Virus record (IMG/VR): IMGVR_UViG_3300018036_000022
Coordinates: 1 to 42,910 of that record
Direction: 5' to 3' (one strand)
DNA from: a virus
Length of the DNA: 42,910 nt
Positions within the stretch are counted from its first letter, which is position 1, and each line of letters starts with the position of its first letter. This document shows, in pieces, positions 8,880 through 20,700 of this stretch. A program made the position numbers and the translations under genes. The notes under the pieces are model-generated. The model was not told the origin of the DNA. It ran no database searches and worked only from the letters and a program-made list of their open reading frames with translations.

Positions 8880-10430
8880 ATGGCTAGCAGTTTATCTACA
8901 AAGTTTCAGTATAGGAATGCAAGGGATCTCGTAAGAGCCGTCACGGCGTCGGGATCCAGTTTCTATATGTTTTATGGTCGCACTAAACCTTGGACGGATG
9001 AAGCGACTCCACCCACACCGGACAACTCAATCAAAGCTGAGTATGATGCATGGCATGATATGACTGCTCTGAAAAAGATTGACGGTCAAGATGTTCGTCT
9101 TGGGTTTCGTAGAATTGACTGGACCACCTCAACGGTTTATTACGAGTATCGTGAAGACGTTGATCTAACTGATAAAGATTTTTATATTTACACGGACGAG
9201 AAAAAGGTATATAAATGTATCTCTAATAATAACGGAGCTGCATCGACTATTAAACCAACACACACCGATAACAGTATTACAAAACAAGCGGACGGATATA
9301 AGTGGAAGTATATGTTTACTTTGTCCGATTCATTGATTCGTAAGTTCTTTGTCCCAGGCTATCTTCCTATTGATGAAAATGAAACCGTTGTTAACAACGC
9401 GGTGAAAGGTGCGATTGAGAACATTCGTATTAATACTTCAGGCAGTGGGTATACCGCTAGCACAACCATACCAGTGTTCATTGCTGGAGACGGTAACGAG
9501 AACGCTTCAGCCGAAGCAACCTTAACCGTTGATGGCGGAACCATAGTTGGTATAACCGTAGCCGACGGTGGAAGTAATTATCCTTATGCCCCAGAATCAA
9601 ACATACCAGTTGCGATTAGACAGGTTGGAAACAACGGTGCAGTAGAGACTGCGTTCTGTTTAGCCAACACTGATGAGAATGGAGCGGTATCAAGTATCAC
9701 TCTTGTTCTAGGTGGTTCTGGTTATACGTCAGGTACTGCATCAATCGTTCAGTCATCCTGTCAAGCAGAAGCAACAACAAACGGCTCAGGTGAAGTTACC
9801 GACGTATCAATCTCAACCGGTAAGCAAGGACAAAATTTTAGAAAGGCCACGGCAAAGGTCGTAGGCACAAGTACTACTGAAGCAACTCTTACACCAACGA
9901 TCTCACCGTTCCTAGGTCACGGCGCATCGCCAGAAAGAGAACTTCTTGCAAGGTACACGTTGGTCAACTTAAGATTCGCGTATGACGAGGGCGAAGGGGA
10001 CTTTACAGTCGCAAACGATTTCCGTAGAATCGGTATGATGGAATCCCCACTTAACTACGGAACAACCACAGCATCAACGGCTCAGACCCTTGATGCAAAA
10101 TATAGAATTACGCTGAATGAATCAAACGTACCGTTCACTGCCGATGATACAATCGTTGGTGAAACGAGCGGTGCAATTGGACTTCAGGTTGACGTATTTG
10201 AATCCAATAAGCTAAGAGTTATTCGTGGTAACGACGTATCCAACTACATTGATTTTTCTGTAGGAGAGACCGTCAGAGGACTATCATCGGGTGCATCAGG
10301 AACTATCGCAAGTATAACAAATCCTGAGGTTGAACCATATTCTGGTGATATTTTGTTTATAAATAATCGTGAAGCAATCACTCGCAGAAACGATCAGATC
10401 GAAACGATAACATTAGTGCTGGAGTACTAG
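8880..10430 (+). CDS. 8: Baseplate wedge subunit gp8-like
   Basis: 'TKFQYRNARDLVRAVTASGSSFYMFYGRTKPWTDE...YDAWHDMTALKKI...RRIDWT...YKCI...DGYKWKYMFTLSD' matches gp8 layout. C-terminus 'SGDILFINNREAITRRNDQIETITLVLEY'. Confidence 0.88.
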   Translation: MASSLSTKFQYRNARDLVRAVTASGSSFYMFYGRTKPWTDEATPPTPDNSIKAEYDAWHDMTALKKIDGQDVRLGFRRIDWTTSTVYYEYREDVDLTDKDFYIYTDEKKVYKCISNNNGAASTIKPTHTDNSITKQADGYKWKYMFTLSDSLIRKFFVPGYLPIDENETVVNNAVKGAIENIRINTSGSGYTASTTIPVFIAGDGNENASAEATLTVDGGTIVGITVADGGSNYPYAPESNIPVAIRQVGNNGAVETAFCLANTDENGAVSSITLVLGGSGYTSGTASIVQSSCQAEATTNGSGEVTDVSISTGKQGQNFRKATAKVVGTSTTEATLTPTISPFLGHGASPERELLARYTLVNLRFAYDEGEGDFTVANDFRRIGMMESPLNYGTTTASTAQTLDAKYRITLNESNVPFTADDTIVGETSGAIGLQVDVFESNKLRVIRGNDVSNYIDFSVGETVRGLSSGASGTIASITNPEVEPYSGDILFINNREAITRRNDQIETITLVLEY

Positions 10431-10439
10431 AGGAACACA

Positions 10440-13400
10440 ATGACAAATTTTAATACTTCACCTTACTTTGATGATTTTGATGAGCAGAAGAAATTCCTTC
10501 GTGTTCTCTTTCGTCCAGGGTACGCGGTACAGACTCGCGAACTAAACCAAGCTCAATCGATTCTTCAGAATCAAGTAGCACGGTTCGGTCAATCCATCTA
10601 TGAAGAAGGCTCAGTTGTTGTCCCAGGACAAATGACGATTCTTCGTCGTGACTCAATTAAAGTCAATCCAGTCATTCAAAGAATTGAGACGATCTCTGGT
10701 ACTGAAGGTACTCCAACCGATATTTCCGCAGCAGATACTCCAGCAGCAGCAAGGTTAATGCTTAATAAGACTGGCACAGGTTTTGGCGTAAGCGGTGGAT
10801 CGGATGCGACTCTTCTAAACACTAAGGCTCTACTTAGAGCATGGCAACCAAGGGATACTTCAGTAAGTCCTGAGATTCCTCAAGGATTCGTCGTTGAGTA
10901 TACTCGCTCTGCCGATAACAACACTAAGAGTTTATTCTCTGCCGAAGAAAGAGTCAGAGTCAAGATATCAGAAACCGATGCCGATAACTTTGTTGAGTAT
11001 CAGATCACTCTTAGACCATCAAACGAAAACCCAAACGCAACCGCTTCATTTGCTGAAGTACAACGAGGCATTTACTTTTTAAGAAATCATTTTGTTCTTG
11101 TTGAATCTCAAGTTGCAATCATTAATGCCTATAATACTACTACACCTGCTTCCGTTGGATTTACTGTTGCTGAAACGTTTGTAACTCCTGAAGAGGATAA
11201 CTCTCTTAATGATAACGCTAATGGAACGTTTAACTTTTCTGCTCCTGGCGCTCATCGTTATAAAATCGAAGCAACTCTAGTATCCAAACAGATTACTGTT
11301 ACGACTGACTCTGACGGAAACGAAGTTTATGTTCCCGACACCAGTGATGCCGATTACATTGAGACAATGCAGTTCACTAACGGTGTTATGCAAGAGCATA
11401 AGGTTGTAGCAAACTATTCACAACTTGAAAAGGCACTTGCTCGTAGAACGTTTGACGAATCCGGTAACTATTCAGTTAATCCATTCAGAGTTCAAGTCAA
11501 AGAAAAGCGATCCAATAATCGTGGCGCATGGACTGAAGGAAGATTCTACCTCATCGGTGATATCGTAACCGACGGTGGTTTTACTTACAGAGCAATGCAG
11601 TCAGGTACTGCAGGTCCAAGCAGACCTTCAGTCGCTGTAGGAACAGGGGTTGCTGATGCGGCCGATGGTTCCCTTGACTCAAACGTGGTTTGGTCATACG
11701 AAAAATATCCACAGTACAATGGTGGTGACGTAGCCGATCTAGGTCAAACCGAAGCACAGGCCTTGGATCAAGAAGGTAAGCTTACGGTTATTGTTGAGCC
11801 AGGAAAGGCTTACGTTAAGGGTTATGAAATTCAAAAGACTGCACCGGGCCGAATTGATATCACAAAGGCGAGAGATGCTCTCCTTGAGGAAAATGATTCT
11901 ATCGGATCAGTCATGGGTAACTATGTAGTTGTTAGTGCACCTGAAGCCGTTCTTGACATTGCTGCTTTGGAGCAAGTCACCCTTTATGACCAATTCCAAA
12001 CTGCTCTGTTATCAGTCGCCGGTTCATCGGTAGGTACCGCAAGAATTCGTGGTCTTGAGTTTATCAATAACGAATATCGTTTATACTTGTTTGACGTAAA
12101 AATGAACTCTGGCAAATCCTTTGTTTCCAACGTTAAAGGTATCAAAGGTGTCTCAGGATACACAAACATTGTTAACCAAAGATCGTTTGATAACCAAGGA
12201 TCCATTACGATCGCAAATGCTGATGAAGTAACTGGTGTTGGTACAAGATTTAGTACAGCATTCGTCGTAGGAGACTACATTGAGGTAGAAGGTACCACTA
12301 GACGAATCACTGCTATCACGGACGATACGACTATGGCGGTATCATCCGGGTCAAACTATACTGGTGGTGTCGCGTATCGTAAGGTTGAGTCTAGAATTCA
12401 TTTACCAAACTCTAAGACGGTTATGTACCCGATGTTTGTCGAGGCTGTAAAAACAGTTAAGACTGAGGCGGGAGGTTCTCAGGTTGAGTACACCGTCATG
12501 CAAAGATTTAATAACAGTTCGGACGGTAGCGGTACCGTTGAATTTGCTCGCACCAGTGCAGTAGCATCAAGTGGTACTGGCACGCGATTCTCAACTAGTG
12601 TTGAGGAAAATGAAATCATTCTTGTCGAGGCAGGCGGTTCACTAGTTCAGATTGGAACCGGCGGTGTTGCGATTGATCGCTCAAACTCAGATACCGATAA
12701 GATCACTATCACTGGTCTTTCTAACAGCACATCATACGTTGCTATGATTCCAGTGATTAAAGAATCTGCTACGGATTCTAGAGAAAAGACTAAGACCCTA
12801 CAGACTGGACAGATCGACATCGTTGATCTTGATGCCTTAGCCAACAGAAGAATCTCTTTGAGTAAAGCAGATGTCTATAGAGTCGTAAGAGTATCTATGT
12901 CGTCCGTTGCATCTGGTGGAACTTATGATGCTTCAGGTGAGATTGACATCACTGATTGGTTTGACCTAGACGATGGTCAAAGAGAAGCATTCTACGATCA
13001 CGCTAGACTTATTCGTAAACCAGAATACTCTGCACCAACTGGGTATATTCGTATTGACTATGAATACTTTAGTCATGGTAACACTGGCGACTACTTCTCG
13101 ATTGATTCTTATCCCGTCAGAGACGAAGACATTCCATACTATCAGTCAATCTCTGGTCCTATTCCACTTCGTAACGTTCTTGACTTCCGTCCAGTTCTTA
13201 ATGATGCAGGTACAGGGTTTACAGGAACAGGCGGATCTCTTTCGCTTCCACCAAAGCCAGGAACAGAATTAACGGCAACATATCAGTATTATACTTCTAG
13301 AATTGATAAGATAGCGATTGGCCTTCGTGGTAACGTCTTTGATCTGCGTGGTACTCCATCACTGAATCCTCAGATTCCTCAGGGTGATCCAGAAGCAATG

Positions 13401-16400
13401 GATATTGCTCAGCTAGATATTCCTGCTTACACGTTTAGTCCTAAGGATATTAATATTAAGAGAATTGACAATCGTCGATATACCATGCGAGACATTGGTA
13501 CTTTAGAAAGTAGAATCGACAGACTTGAGTATTACACCTCTCTGAATTTATTGGAACAACAAGCGGCCGCCCTTGAGGTACCTGATGACGATGATCCGAG
13601 ACTAACAAGATTTAAGAACGGCTTCGTTGTTGATAACTTTGCTGGACATAGAACAGGCGATACGAGAGCTCGTGACTATCGTGCAGCGATAGACATGGAG
13701 GCAAACGAACTTAGACCAACATTCCATGTAGAGAACACAGAGTTGGTTGAGTCAGTATCAACCGATGCGGAAAGAACTGCTGCGGGTTATCAAGTAACCG
13801 GCGAGGTTCTTACTCTCCCATATACCGAAGAAACATTTATTGAACAACCCTTTGCAACCACAACTGAAAACGTTAATCCATACGCCATCTTTACGTTTGT
13901 CGGTTCGGTATCACTAAACCCTTTTGCTGATCAATGGTTTGAGACCAACAGATTGCCCGACATCGTTAATGATGTTGAGGGTAACTTTAACGCTACGCGA
14001 GATAGACTAGCGCAAGAAGGCGTTTTAGGAAACGTGTGGAACGCTTGGCAGACTCAGTGGAGCGGTGTAAGAAATATAGGTGGAAGACGTACAACTGGAG
14101 GAGGTGAAGGTACTTGGCGCCAAACTTGGCAGGACTGGGAAGAGCAGTCTGATCAAACTAGGACAGGTATTAACACTGAAGTAGTCGCAACCTTTTCTCG
14201 CGAATTGGTCGAGGCTGATCGTGAGGTCTCTCGTTCAGTTATTCCGTTCATTCGTTCTCGTGAAGTCGTATTTGTTGGTCGCGGCTTAAAGCTGCAATCA
14301 AATCTATATCCATACTTTGACGGTGTTCCTATCACTGAACACGTAACACCGGCCTCTCGTATTCAGTACGGACCCGAGGTCGATGGTGGTGAATCCGGAG
14401 TGTTTGATTGGCAAACACAAGCAGGCGGAGACGCGGATCAAATTGCACGTCGCTTTAATCCTTTGACTGGGGTACAAGGTACTCCTCAAGGAAACACCCA
14501 ACCTGCTCTTAACAAAGGTGACGTTATCTTCGTTGCGAAACGAGGAACGACTACATATGCAACTCCAGAGGCTTCACCATGTACAGCGGTTTGTGTACTA
14601 CAAGAGGTACAACCTGGAGGTGTTAATCGTACTGCACTGGTTATTAACCACTCTGGAAATTTCCAAGTAGGAGATATCATTGAGGGATCTATCTCTGGTA
14701 ACAGAGGTAAGGTTACTCTTTGGTCAGCAAAGACTAAAGGCGATCAACTTACAACTAACTTTGGTGGCGATGTTGCTGGTGTCTTTGAGATTCCTAATAC
14801 GCCTCAGATACAATTTAGAACAGGTACTCGTGAGTTTAAGTTAATCGACAATGAAACTAATAATGACCGTACTGCAATGACTCGTGGCTCTGTTAACTAC
14901 GAGGCCAATGGTATCCTAAGGGATATTCAATCGACATTCAATAGCGTAAGAAACGGCCAAATAGTTCAAACTGAAATAAACGATGAACAGACCGTTACGT
15001 TGGATAGCGGAACGGATCTAATCTCAAGTGTGTGGGTTCCTAGAAGAAATGACGATTTTGGTACCCGTTTCGGCGGCGGTGGCGATTCATCAGATCCAAT
15101 CGCGCAAACTTTCTTTGTTGAGGAAGAGGTCGGTTGCTTCTTAACATCAATCGATATATATCTTGCATCTGTTGATCCTGAGGTACCACTAAGGCTTCAA
15201 GTTCGTAACACAGTTAATGGTTATCCAGGACCAGTAGTACTACCGTTTGGTGAAGTTATCTTGGATCCGTATCAAATCAGAGACGATAACCGATTAAGGT
15301 ACGGTACTGGATTTGGCCTATCGTCCAACACGACTGACCTAAGCGCACTTGATTCTTCTCCGATTGATCTAGCGCTTTCACCTGATACTCCAACAAGATT
15401 TACGTTTGAATCTCCTGTCTTTGTTCAAAGCGCACAAGAATATTGTATTGTCCTTTTATCAGATTCAAACAACTATCATGCATGGATATCAAACCTAGGT
15501 GAGTTTGATGTTCTTACAGATGTGCAAGTTCATAAGCAGCCTTATCTTGGATCGTTCTTTAAGTCTCAAAACAATAGAACTTGGACTCCAGCTCAGAACC
15601 AAGACTTGAAGTTTAGAATCAATAAGGCTCAGTTTAGTAATTTATCCAACACTATCACTGGACCAGACGGCCGAAAGGAATCGGTCAACACACGTAGTCT
15701 CAACCCAGGTGGTACTGCGACTTTCCATAACGCAAGATTGGATTTACATGACCTAGAGGATGATCCACTACAAACAAGATTTGGATCTAAATACGTTCGT
15801 GTGTTCCATCGTAATCACGGATTCACCAAAGAGAACTCAAAGGTTACTCTTTCAGGATTTGTTGCTGGTACATTTGCTGGTATTAACGCAACCGAGTTGA
15901 ATAAGACACATGATATTGTTCATGTTGGTCACGACTCGTATGTTATTAAGGTAACATCTTCGGCAAATGAAACAACGAGAGTTGGTGGTAGTAACATTCA
16001 AGCAACTCGTAACGTTCTCTTTGATGGAATGCAACCAGTCGCACCGAGATTCAATTTCTTTGAGACTCGTATCGACTTTATCGCAAAAACTTTGTCAGGC
16101 CAGAGCGTGTTTGGTGGAGAGACTCCATACGTAAGAGATACCGTTGGTATTGAGGTTCTTGAAAACGAAAACAACTTCTTTACTACACCTAAGCTTCTTG
16201 CTTCTGAAGATAATGAGGTAGTCGTGAATGGTGATAAGGTTAAATCCTTAGATCTTGACGTAAGACTGTTTAGTACTAACGCTAATCTTTCACCTGTGCT
16301 AGAACTTACAAGAATGTCATTGACTACATTTAATAACAGAGTAAGTAATCCAACGATCACCAATTCACCGTATCTTCCAACTGAAGCTGAAGAACAACAA

Positions 16401-17072
16401 TCTGACGGCACAGTGTTTGATAAGTATGGAATAGTTTCAGCTGATACGACAAACATCGTATTGGTATCAAACGACTCAAAACAAATTACGACAGCGAACA
16501 ACTCTATTCGTGGTAAGTTCCAAGATCTTATCGTTGGTCAAGTGATTGAGCTATCCAATTGTCAAAACGCAAGTAACAATGGACAGTGTATCGTTACTGC
16601 TGTTGAGCCTGATGGTTCTATAGTAACCACGGATAAAAACTTTGTCGCAGAAAGTCCTGCTGGGGCCGCTGGTGGTATCAACATCGTTGGATATAATAAC
16701 TACATCGATGAGATCTCACCTAACCAAGGTACTACTGCAGCTAAGTATATGACTAGAAGAATTAACTTGTCCGACGCTGCAGGTAACTCAACCGCTATGA
16801 CTATAAGGTTCGCGGCTAATGTTCCAACCGGCGCAAACATTGATGTATATAGAAAAACCAAACTCTCCTCGGATCCGCAAAACTTTGATACGGTTAATTG
16901 GACTCTTGTAGGAACTGTTGGATCAACTAATGCATCTGGTTTTAGTGAGAAGGAATTCAGAGTAACAGGTATTGATTCCTTTGATCAAATGGCGGTTAAA
17001 CTTGTCATGAGATCTAGCAGCTGCGCACTTGTTCCAAGAGCAAAAGATTTGATAGTGGTCGCAAATGCATAA
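10440..17072 (+). CDS. Very large virion structural protein (2210 aa), DUF4815-like N-terminus, probable baseplate/tail-fibre attachment protein
   Basis: 'NTSPYFDDFDEQKKFLRVLFRPGYAVQTRELNQAQSILQNQVARFGQSIYEEGSVVVPGQM' is typical of DUF4815-family proteins of T4-like marine phages. Confidence 0.8.
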   Translation: MTNFNTSPYFDDFDEQKKFLRVLFRPGYAVQTRELNQAQSILQNQVARFGQSIYEEGSVVVPGQMTILRRDSIKVNPVIQRIETISGTEGTPTDISAADTPAAARLMLNKTGTGFGVSGGSDATLLNTKALLRAWQPRDTSVSPEIPQGFVVEYTRSADNNTKSLFSAEERVRVKISETDADNFVEYQITLRPSNENPNATASFAEVQRGIYFLRNHFVLVESQVAIINAYNTTTPASVGFTVAETFVTPEEDNSLNDNANGTFNFSAPGAHRYKIEATLVSKQITVTTDSDGNEVYVPDTSDADYIETMQFTNGVMQEHKVVANYSQLEKALARRTFDESGNYSVNPFRVQVKEKRSNNRGAWTEGRFYLIGDIVTDGGFTYRAMQSGTAGPSRPSVAVGTGVADAADGSLDSNVVWSYEKYPQYNGGDVADLGQTEAQALDQEGKLTVIVEPGKAYVKGYEIQKTAPGRIDITKARDALLEENDSIGSVMGNYVVVSAPEAVLDIAALEQVTLYDQFQTALLSVAGSSVGTARIRGLEFINNEYRLYLFDVKMNSGKSFVSNVKGIKGVSGYTNIVNQRSFDNQGSITIANADEVTGVGTRFSTAFVVGDYIEVEGTTRRITAITDDTTMAVSSGSNYTGGVAYRKVESRIHLPNSKTVMYPMFVEAVKTVKTEAGGSQVEYTVMQRFNNSSDGSGTVEFARTSAVASSGTGTRFSTSVEENEIILVEAGGSLVQIGTGGVAIDRSNSDTDKITITGLSNSTSYVAMIPVIKESATDSREKTKTLQTGQIDIVDLDALANRRISLSKADVYRVVRVSMSSVASGGTYDASGEIDITDWFDLDDGQREAFYDHARLIRKPEYSAPTGYIRIDYEYFSHGNTGDYFSIDSYPVRDEDIPYYQSISGPIPLRNVLDFRPVLNDAGTGFTGTGGSLSLPPKPGTELTATYQYYTSRIDKIAIGLRGNVFDLRGTPSLNPQIPQGDPEAMDIAQLDIPAYTFSPKDINIKRIDNRRYTMRDIGTLESRIDRLEYYTSLNLLEQQAAALEVPDDDDPRLTRFKNGFVVDNFAGHRTGDTRARDYRAAIDMEANELRPTFHVENTELVESVSTDAERTAAGYQVTGEVLTLPYTEETFIEQPFATTTENVNPYAIFTFVGSVSLNPFADQWFETNRLPDIVNDVEGNFNATRDRLAQEGVLGNVWNAWQTQWSGVRNIGGRRTTGGGEGTWRQTWQDWEEQSDQTRTGINTEVVATFSRELVEADREVSRSVIPFIRSREVVFVGRGLKLQSNLYPYFDGVPITEHVTPASRIQYGPEVDGGESGVFDWQTQAGGDADQIARRFNPLTGVQGTPQGNTQPALNKGDVIFVAKRGTTTYATPEASPCTAVCVLQEVQPGGVNRTALVINHSGNFQVGDIIEGSISGNRGKVTLWSAKTKGDQLTTNFGGDVAGVFEIPNTPQIQFRTGTREFKLIDNETNNDRTAMTRGSVNYEANGILRDIQSTFNSVRNGQIVQTEINDEQTVTLDSGTDLISSVWVPRRNDDFGTRFGGGGDSSDPIAQTFFVEEEVGCFLTSIDIYLASVDPEVPLRLQVRNTVNGYPGPVVLPFGEVILDPYQIRDDNRLRYGTGFGLSSNTTDLSALDSSPIDLALSPDTPTRFTFESPVFVQSAQEYCIVLLSDSNNYHAWISNLGEFDVLTDVQVHKQPYLGSFFKSQNNRTWTPAQNQDLKFRINKAQFSNLSNTITGPDGRKESVNTRSLNPGGTATFHNARLDLHDLEDDPLQTRFGSKYVRVFHRNHGFTKENSKVTLSGFVAGTFAGINATELNKTHDIVHVGHDSYVIKVTSSANETTRVGGSNIQATRNVLFDGMQPVAPRFNFFETRIDFIAKTLSGQSVFGGETPYVRDTVGIEVLENENNFFTTPKLLASEDNEVVVNGDKVKSLDLDVRLFSTNANLSPVLELTRMSLTTFNNRVSNPTITNSPYLPTEAEEQQSDGTVFDKYGIVSADTTNIVLVSNDSKQITTANNSIRGKFQDLIVGQVIELSNCQNASNNGQCIVTAVEPDGSIVTTDKNFVAESPAGAAGGINIVGYNNYIDEISPNQGTTAAKYMTRRINLSDAAGNSTAMTIRFAANVPTGANIDVYRKTKLSSDPQNFDTVNWTLVGTVGSTNASGFSEKEFRVTGIDSFDQMAVKLVMRSSSCALVPRAKDLIVVANA

Positions 17073-17259
17073 GGTTGAAGGACACACAAACTTAAGGAAG
17101 ACTAATGGAGGTGCAGTCGTAAATGTATCCTCCGCTGACTATGATAAATACATTAGACAGAAACAAATGATTCAAGATGAGAAAAGCAGAATCAGTGCTT
17201 TGGAAAAAGATGTTTCTGATATTAAGGGAATGCTTAAGCAGCTGTTGGATAAGATATGA
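17065..17259 (+). CDS. Small conserved T4-like marine phage protein with coiled-coil C-terminus
   Basis: 'EGHTNLRKTNGGAVVNVSSADYDKYIRQKQMIQDEKSRISALEKDVSDIKGMLKQLLDKI'; overlaps both neighbours. Confidence 0.65.
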   Translation: MHKVEGHTNLRKTNGGAVVNVSSADYDKYIRQKQMIQDEKSRISALEKDVSDIKGMLKQLLDKI

Positions 17260-17729
17260 TTGAGAACATTAACATTCAAGGTAACGTAGACCTACAGCTC
17301 TTCACTAAAGATGGTGAGCTGAAGGATCAACGATACGTAAAGAATCTTGTCACGACTGCGGGTAAGGCATTCCTAGCAAGGAAATTAATTCACGGCACTT
17401 ACAACGAGGGTGATGGTACAACCGTAAACGAAGTCGAAGATGTTTCATCGATCGCAATTGGTTCAGGTACTACTGCAGCTGCCTTAACTGACGCTGCACT
17501 AGAAACTGAGCTTGCTGATGTCGATGTAAGATTTGCGTCAACGGAAAATAACATTGCGAGTTTCATTACTACGTTTGAGGAAAATGTTGGCACAGGAACT
17601 GTTGCAGAGGTTGGTCTATTAACCGATGCTAGTCCCGAGCTGTTGGTTTGCCGTACCGTATTGGATACGCCGTTCTCAAAGAGTGCAACGGATTATCTTG
17701 TTGTCAACTGGAAATTACAAATTGGATAA
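17256..17729 (+). CDS. Small tail-associated structural protein
   Basis: 'NIQGNVDLQLFTKDGELKDQRYVKNLVTTAGKAFLARKLI...' resembles small tail/fibre accessory proteins. ATGA-type overlap upstream. Confidence 0.55.
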   Translation: MIENINIQGNVDLQLFTKDGELKDQRYVKNLVTTAGKAFLARKLIHGTYNEGDGTTVNEVEDVSSIAIGSGTTAAALTDAALETELADVDVRFASTENNIASFITTFEENVGTGTVAEVGLLTDASPELLVCRTVLDTPFSKSATDYLVVNWKLQIG

Positions 17730-17732
17730 GAG

Positions 17733-20700
17733 ATGAGCACAATTAAGTATAGACAGAACGAGACAGATTTTGAGAGTAATATTCGCACCACGAATCTGAC
17801 TGGTGAAACGTTCAAAGGTGCTCCTCTCTCAAATAACGAAGTTGATACTAACTTTGCCAATCTAAACATTGGTAAGGTGGAGAACGATGGTTCGATTCCT
17901 ATGACAGGAAATCTTACTGCTCCTGGTATTACTTCCTCGGATCAAACAAACGGATTTAGGCTATATAACCAAAACGGTGATCTTGTGTTAACTGCAGGTG
18001 CGGATAACGACAAGGATGTAGTCTTTGAAGGTAATATTGATGTAGGAGATCAAGGCGCGATCAACTTGAACGTTGGTGGCGGTGATATCGTTACTAAGAA
18101 CCTTTACCTTAATGGCCGATTGATCGACCAAGCTCTTTCGGAAGAATATAAAGTTTCAAACGTTGGTGAAGTGATGGAGGCAACCGTCCTTGATTCGCCA
18201 ACACTAGTACTAGACGGTAACCACAGTGCTGGTGATACCACCCTTGATGTAACTTCAGTTGCTAACGTATTTGTTGGCGATTCTATTACGTCAGTCGTTT
18301 CTGGTATTCCTGCTAACACAACCATCACTGAGATTAACGGTAATACCATTACGATCTCAAATGGCCTATCAGCCAATATGGCAAGTGCGTCCAACATTCT
18401 ATGTAATGACGGTAAGATGCTTGCTAAGTTTGCGACTATCTGTAAACTTGTTCAAAGGGTTGGTACTTTTGCCGTAGGAGAAACCGTTCAAGGAAACAGC
18501 ACAGGATTCCAAGGTGTAGTTCATAAGGTTCAAGGCGATCTTGTTTGGGTCATTATGAACAACGATACTCAAAAGTTTAGCGGTTCAGAGTTTCTTCAGC
18601 AAATCGTTGGTGGCATTCCTGATACAAGTATTCAAGGATTGATCACTGAGGTTATTAATACCGATACTATTAAGGTTGGTCATAAGATCAAGGTGTTTGG
18701 TGTTCAATCAAACGATCCTGCAGTTCCAACCGATGAGGCAGCTCCTACACCAGCGGCAACCTCAACTAAGAACGGTACAACCGATGGCGGTCTGCCAACT
18801 CAGAATTACTATTATTGGACCTCTCAGTTTAGATTCGATAATGGCAAGATTGGTGAAGCAGCAGGACCAACTGATGTTATTGCTCATAACACTCCAGCTA
18901 ACTTTACCTCTTTAAGATATAACGCGTTGTCCTTGACGAGATCATCTGGTGAATACGGTATGCTTATCTATCGTGGATCCACCACTGACCTTCAGGATGC
19001 GGAACTAATCGCAGTACTTGGACCTAGAGAACTTGGGTCAATTACTTCAGGTATCATTTTTAACGATCAAGGAATATTCACTCGTACTGAATGGTCCAGT
19101 AAGACCAACGATACGAATGCTTTCTCGGTTGAGTCAACCGCAACAGGCAGATTGGATGGAACTTATTCAACACCGTCCAACATGGTATACTTTCCACAAA
19201 AGCCACCGACGAACGAACAGATTAATACGAACGTCGTGAATCCTAGAGGATGGTATAGCGCAACCGTTGAGAAGGTACATAACAAAAAGACCTTAAGATT
19301 TACTGAAAAACTATATCACGGTGATAACTATGTTCAGCTCGTGCATGATAACACTGCAGGTTTGCAGTTAGCAATCAATGAGTTCAGAGATCTTGCGCTA
19401 AGAAACATCGTTCTTCCTGATGGAGTTTACTATACATCAAGACTTACTGTTCCTGATAACTTTGCGATTCTTGGCAACTCAAAACGAGCAGTCATTAAAG
19501 CAATCCCTTGGAACTTCGATCATTATGCCGATGTAATTAATCCAAACCAAAAAGGTTGTATCCTAACACCTCAGACCGATACACCAAATAACATTACGTT
19601 TAGAAACTTGACCATTGATGGTAATATGATCAATAACGTAACTTGGACTGAAACGCAATCTAACTTTCCAATAACGATGCCACAAGGAAGTGACATTGTT
19701 TACGACAACATCGATGTTCTCAATACCGTAGGCTCTGGTCTATATGCATTGGACAACGATCGCATTCGTATCGCAGGATGTAAGTTTAGAAACGGTGGAT
19801 TGTCCTATGGTGAAGATGATGCACTTACTTCATTACTTGTATCTTCGTCCACCTTTACCACAGTGTCGGATAATATTTTTGAGAACTGGACATCAGCCAT
19901 TGATGCATCAGTAACTCGTATCGGCACAATCATTGGTAACACAATTCGTAACTGTGGCTCTGGTTTATTGATCTTTGGTTCGGGTAACCTAATCTCTTCG
20001 CCTAACCTTATCATGGGTACTGACGATGAGTTTATTCCTGCCGTTGATACAATGGATTCTGACTTTGATTCAATAAACGTTAAGCTTGATCTTGGTGTTG
20101 ATTATCAATCACCTTCAATGTTATACTTACGTCGTGGTGTAGCAATGCACTTAGGCGACAATCAAGATCTTGTTAGTGGAGTCGCTGTACCAGGAACCGA
20201 GGTTGAACTATCAGCCGATATTCTAGCATTAACTAAAAGAAATAATGTTGAGGCTCTTGGCGCAATTGGAGGTTCACTCGATTACTCAAACAATGGATCC
20301 GGCAATCCAATCATCACTGTTCCAATCAACGGAAACGGCGGTGACTTTGGTCTAGAGAACGGATACTTTCAGTGGAAGATAACGTCAGCCAATGTTAATG
20401 CTCTCCCATCGTACAATGAATTAAAGGCTGACTGGACTGCAACGAGTCCACCCTCAGATGAATCACTGATTGGACTTATATATAGAATTAAGGCAACTGA
20501 ATATGCATATGCCTACGAGGCAGATGGTAGGATTCTTGTAAACAATTTTGAAAAGGTAGACTCCAATAATGGTAAGTTTACTTTGAAATCAAACGATGAT
20601 AAGAACGTGTTCGCTGTCGGAGATGTCATAAAGACACAGAATGTGTCGGGAGCAACACTTAACTTTACAGGATCATCGTGGACTGTAACTTCTGTAGAGT

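Noticed and set aside
9184-9222. TATAAATG-like late promoter within gp8
   Set aside because: Imperfect motif inside coding sequence with no gene start nearby; likely chance.
15998-16501. Minus-strand ORF of 167 aa
   Set aside because: Lies wholly within the large DUF4815-like gene; low-complexity antisense shadow.
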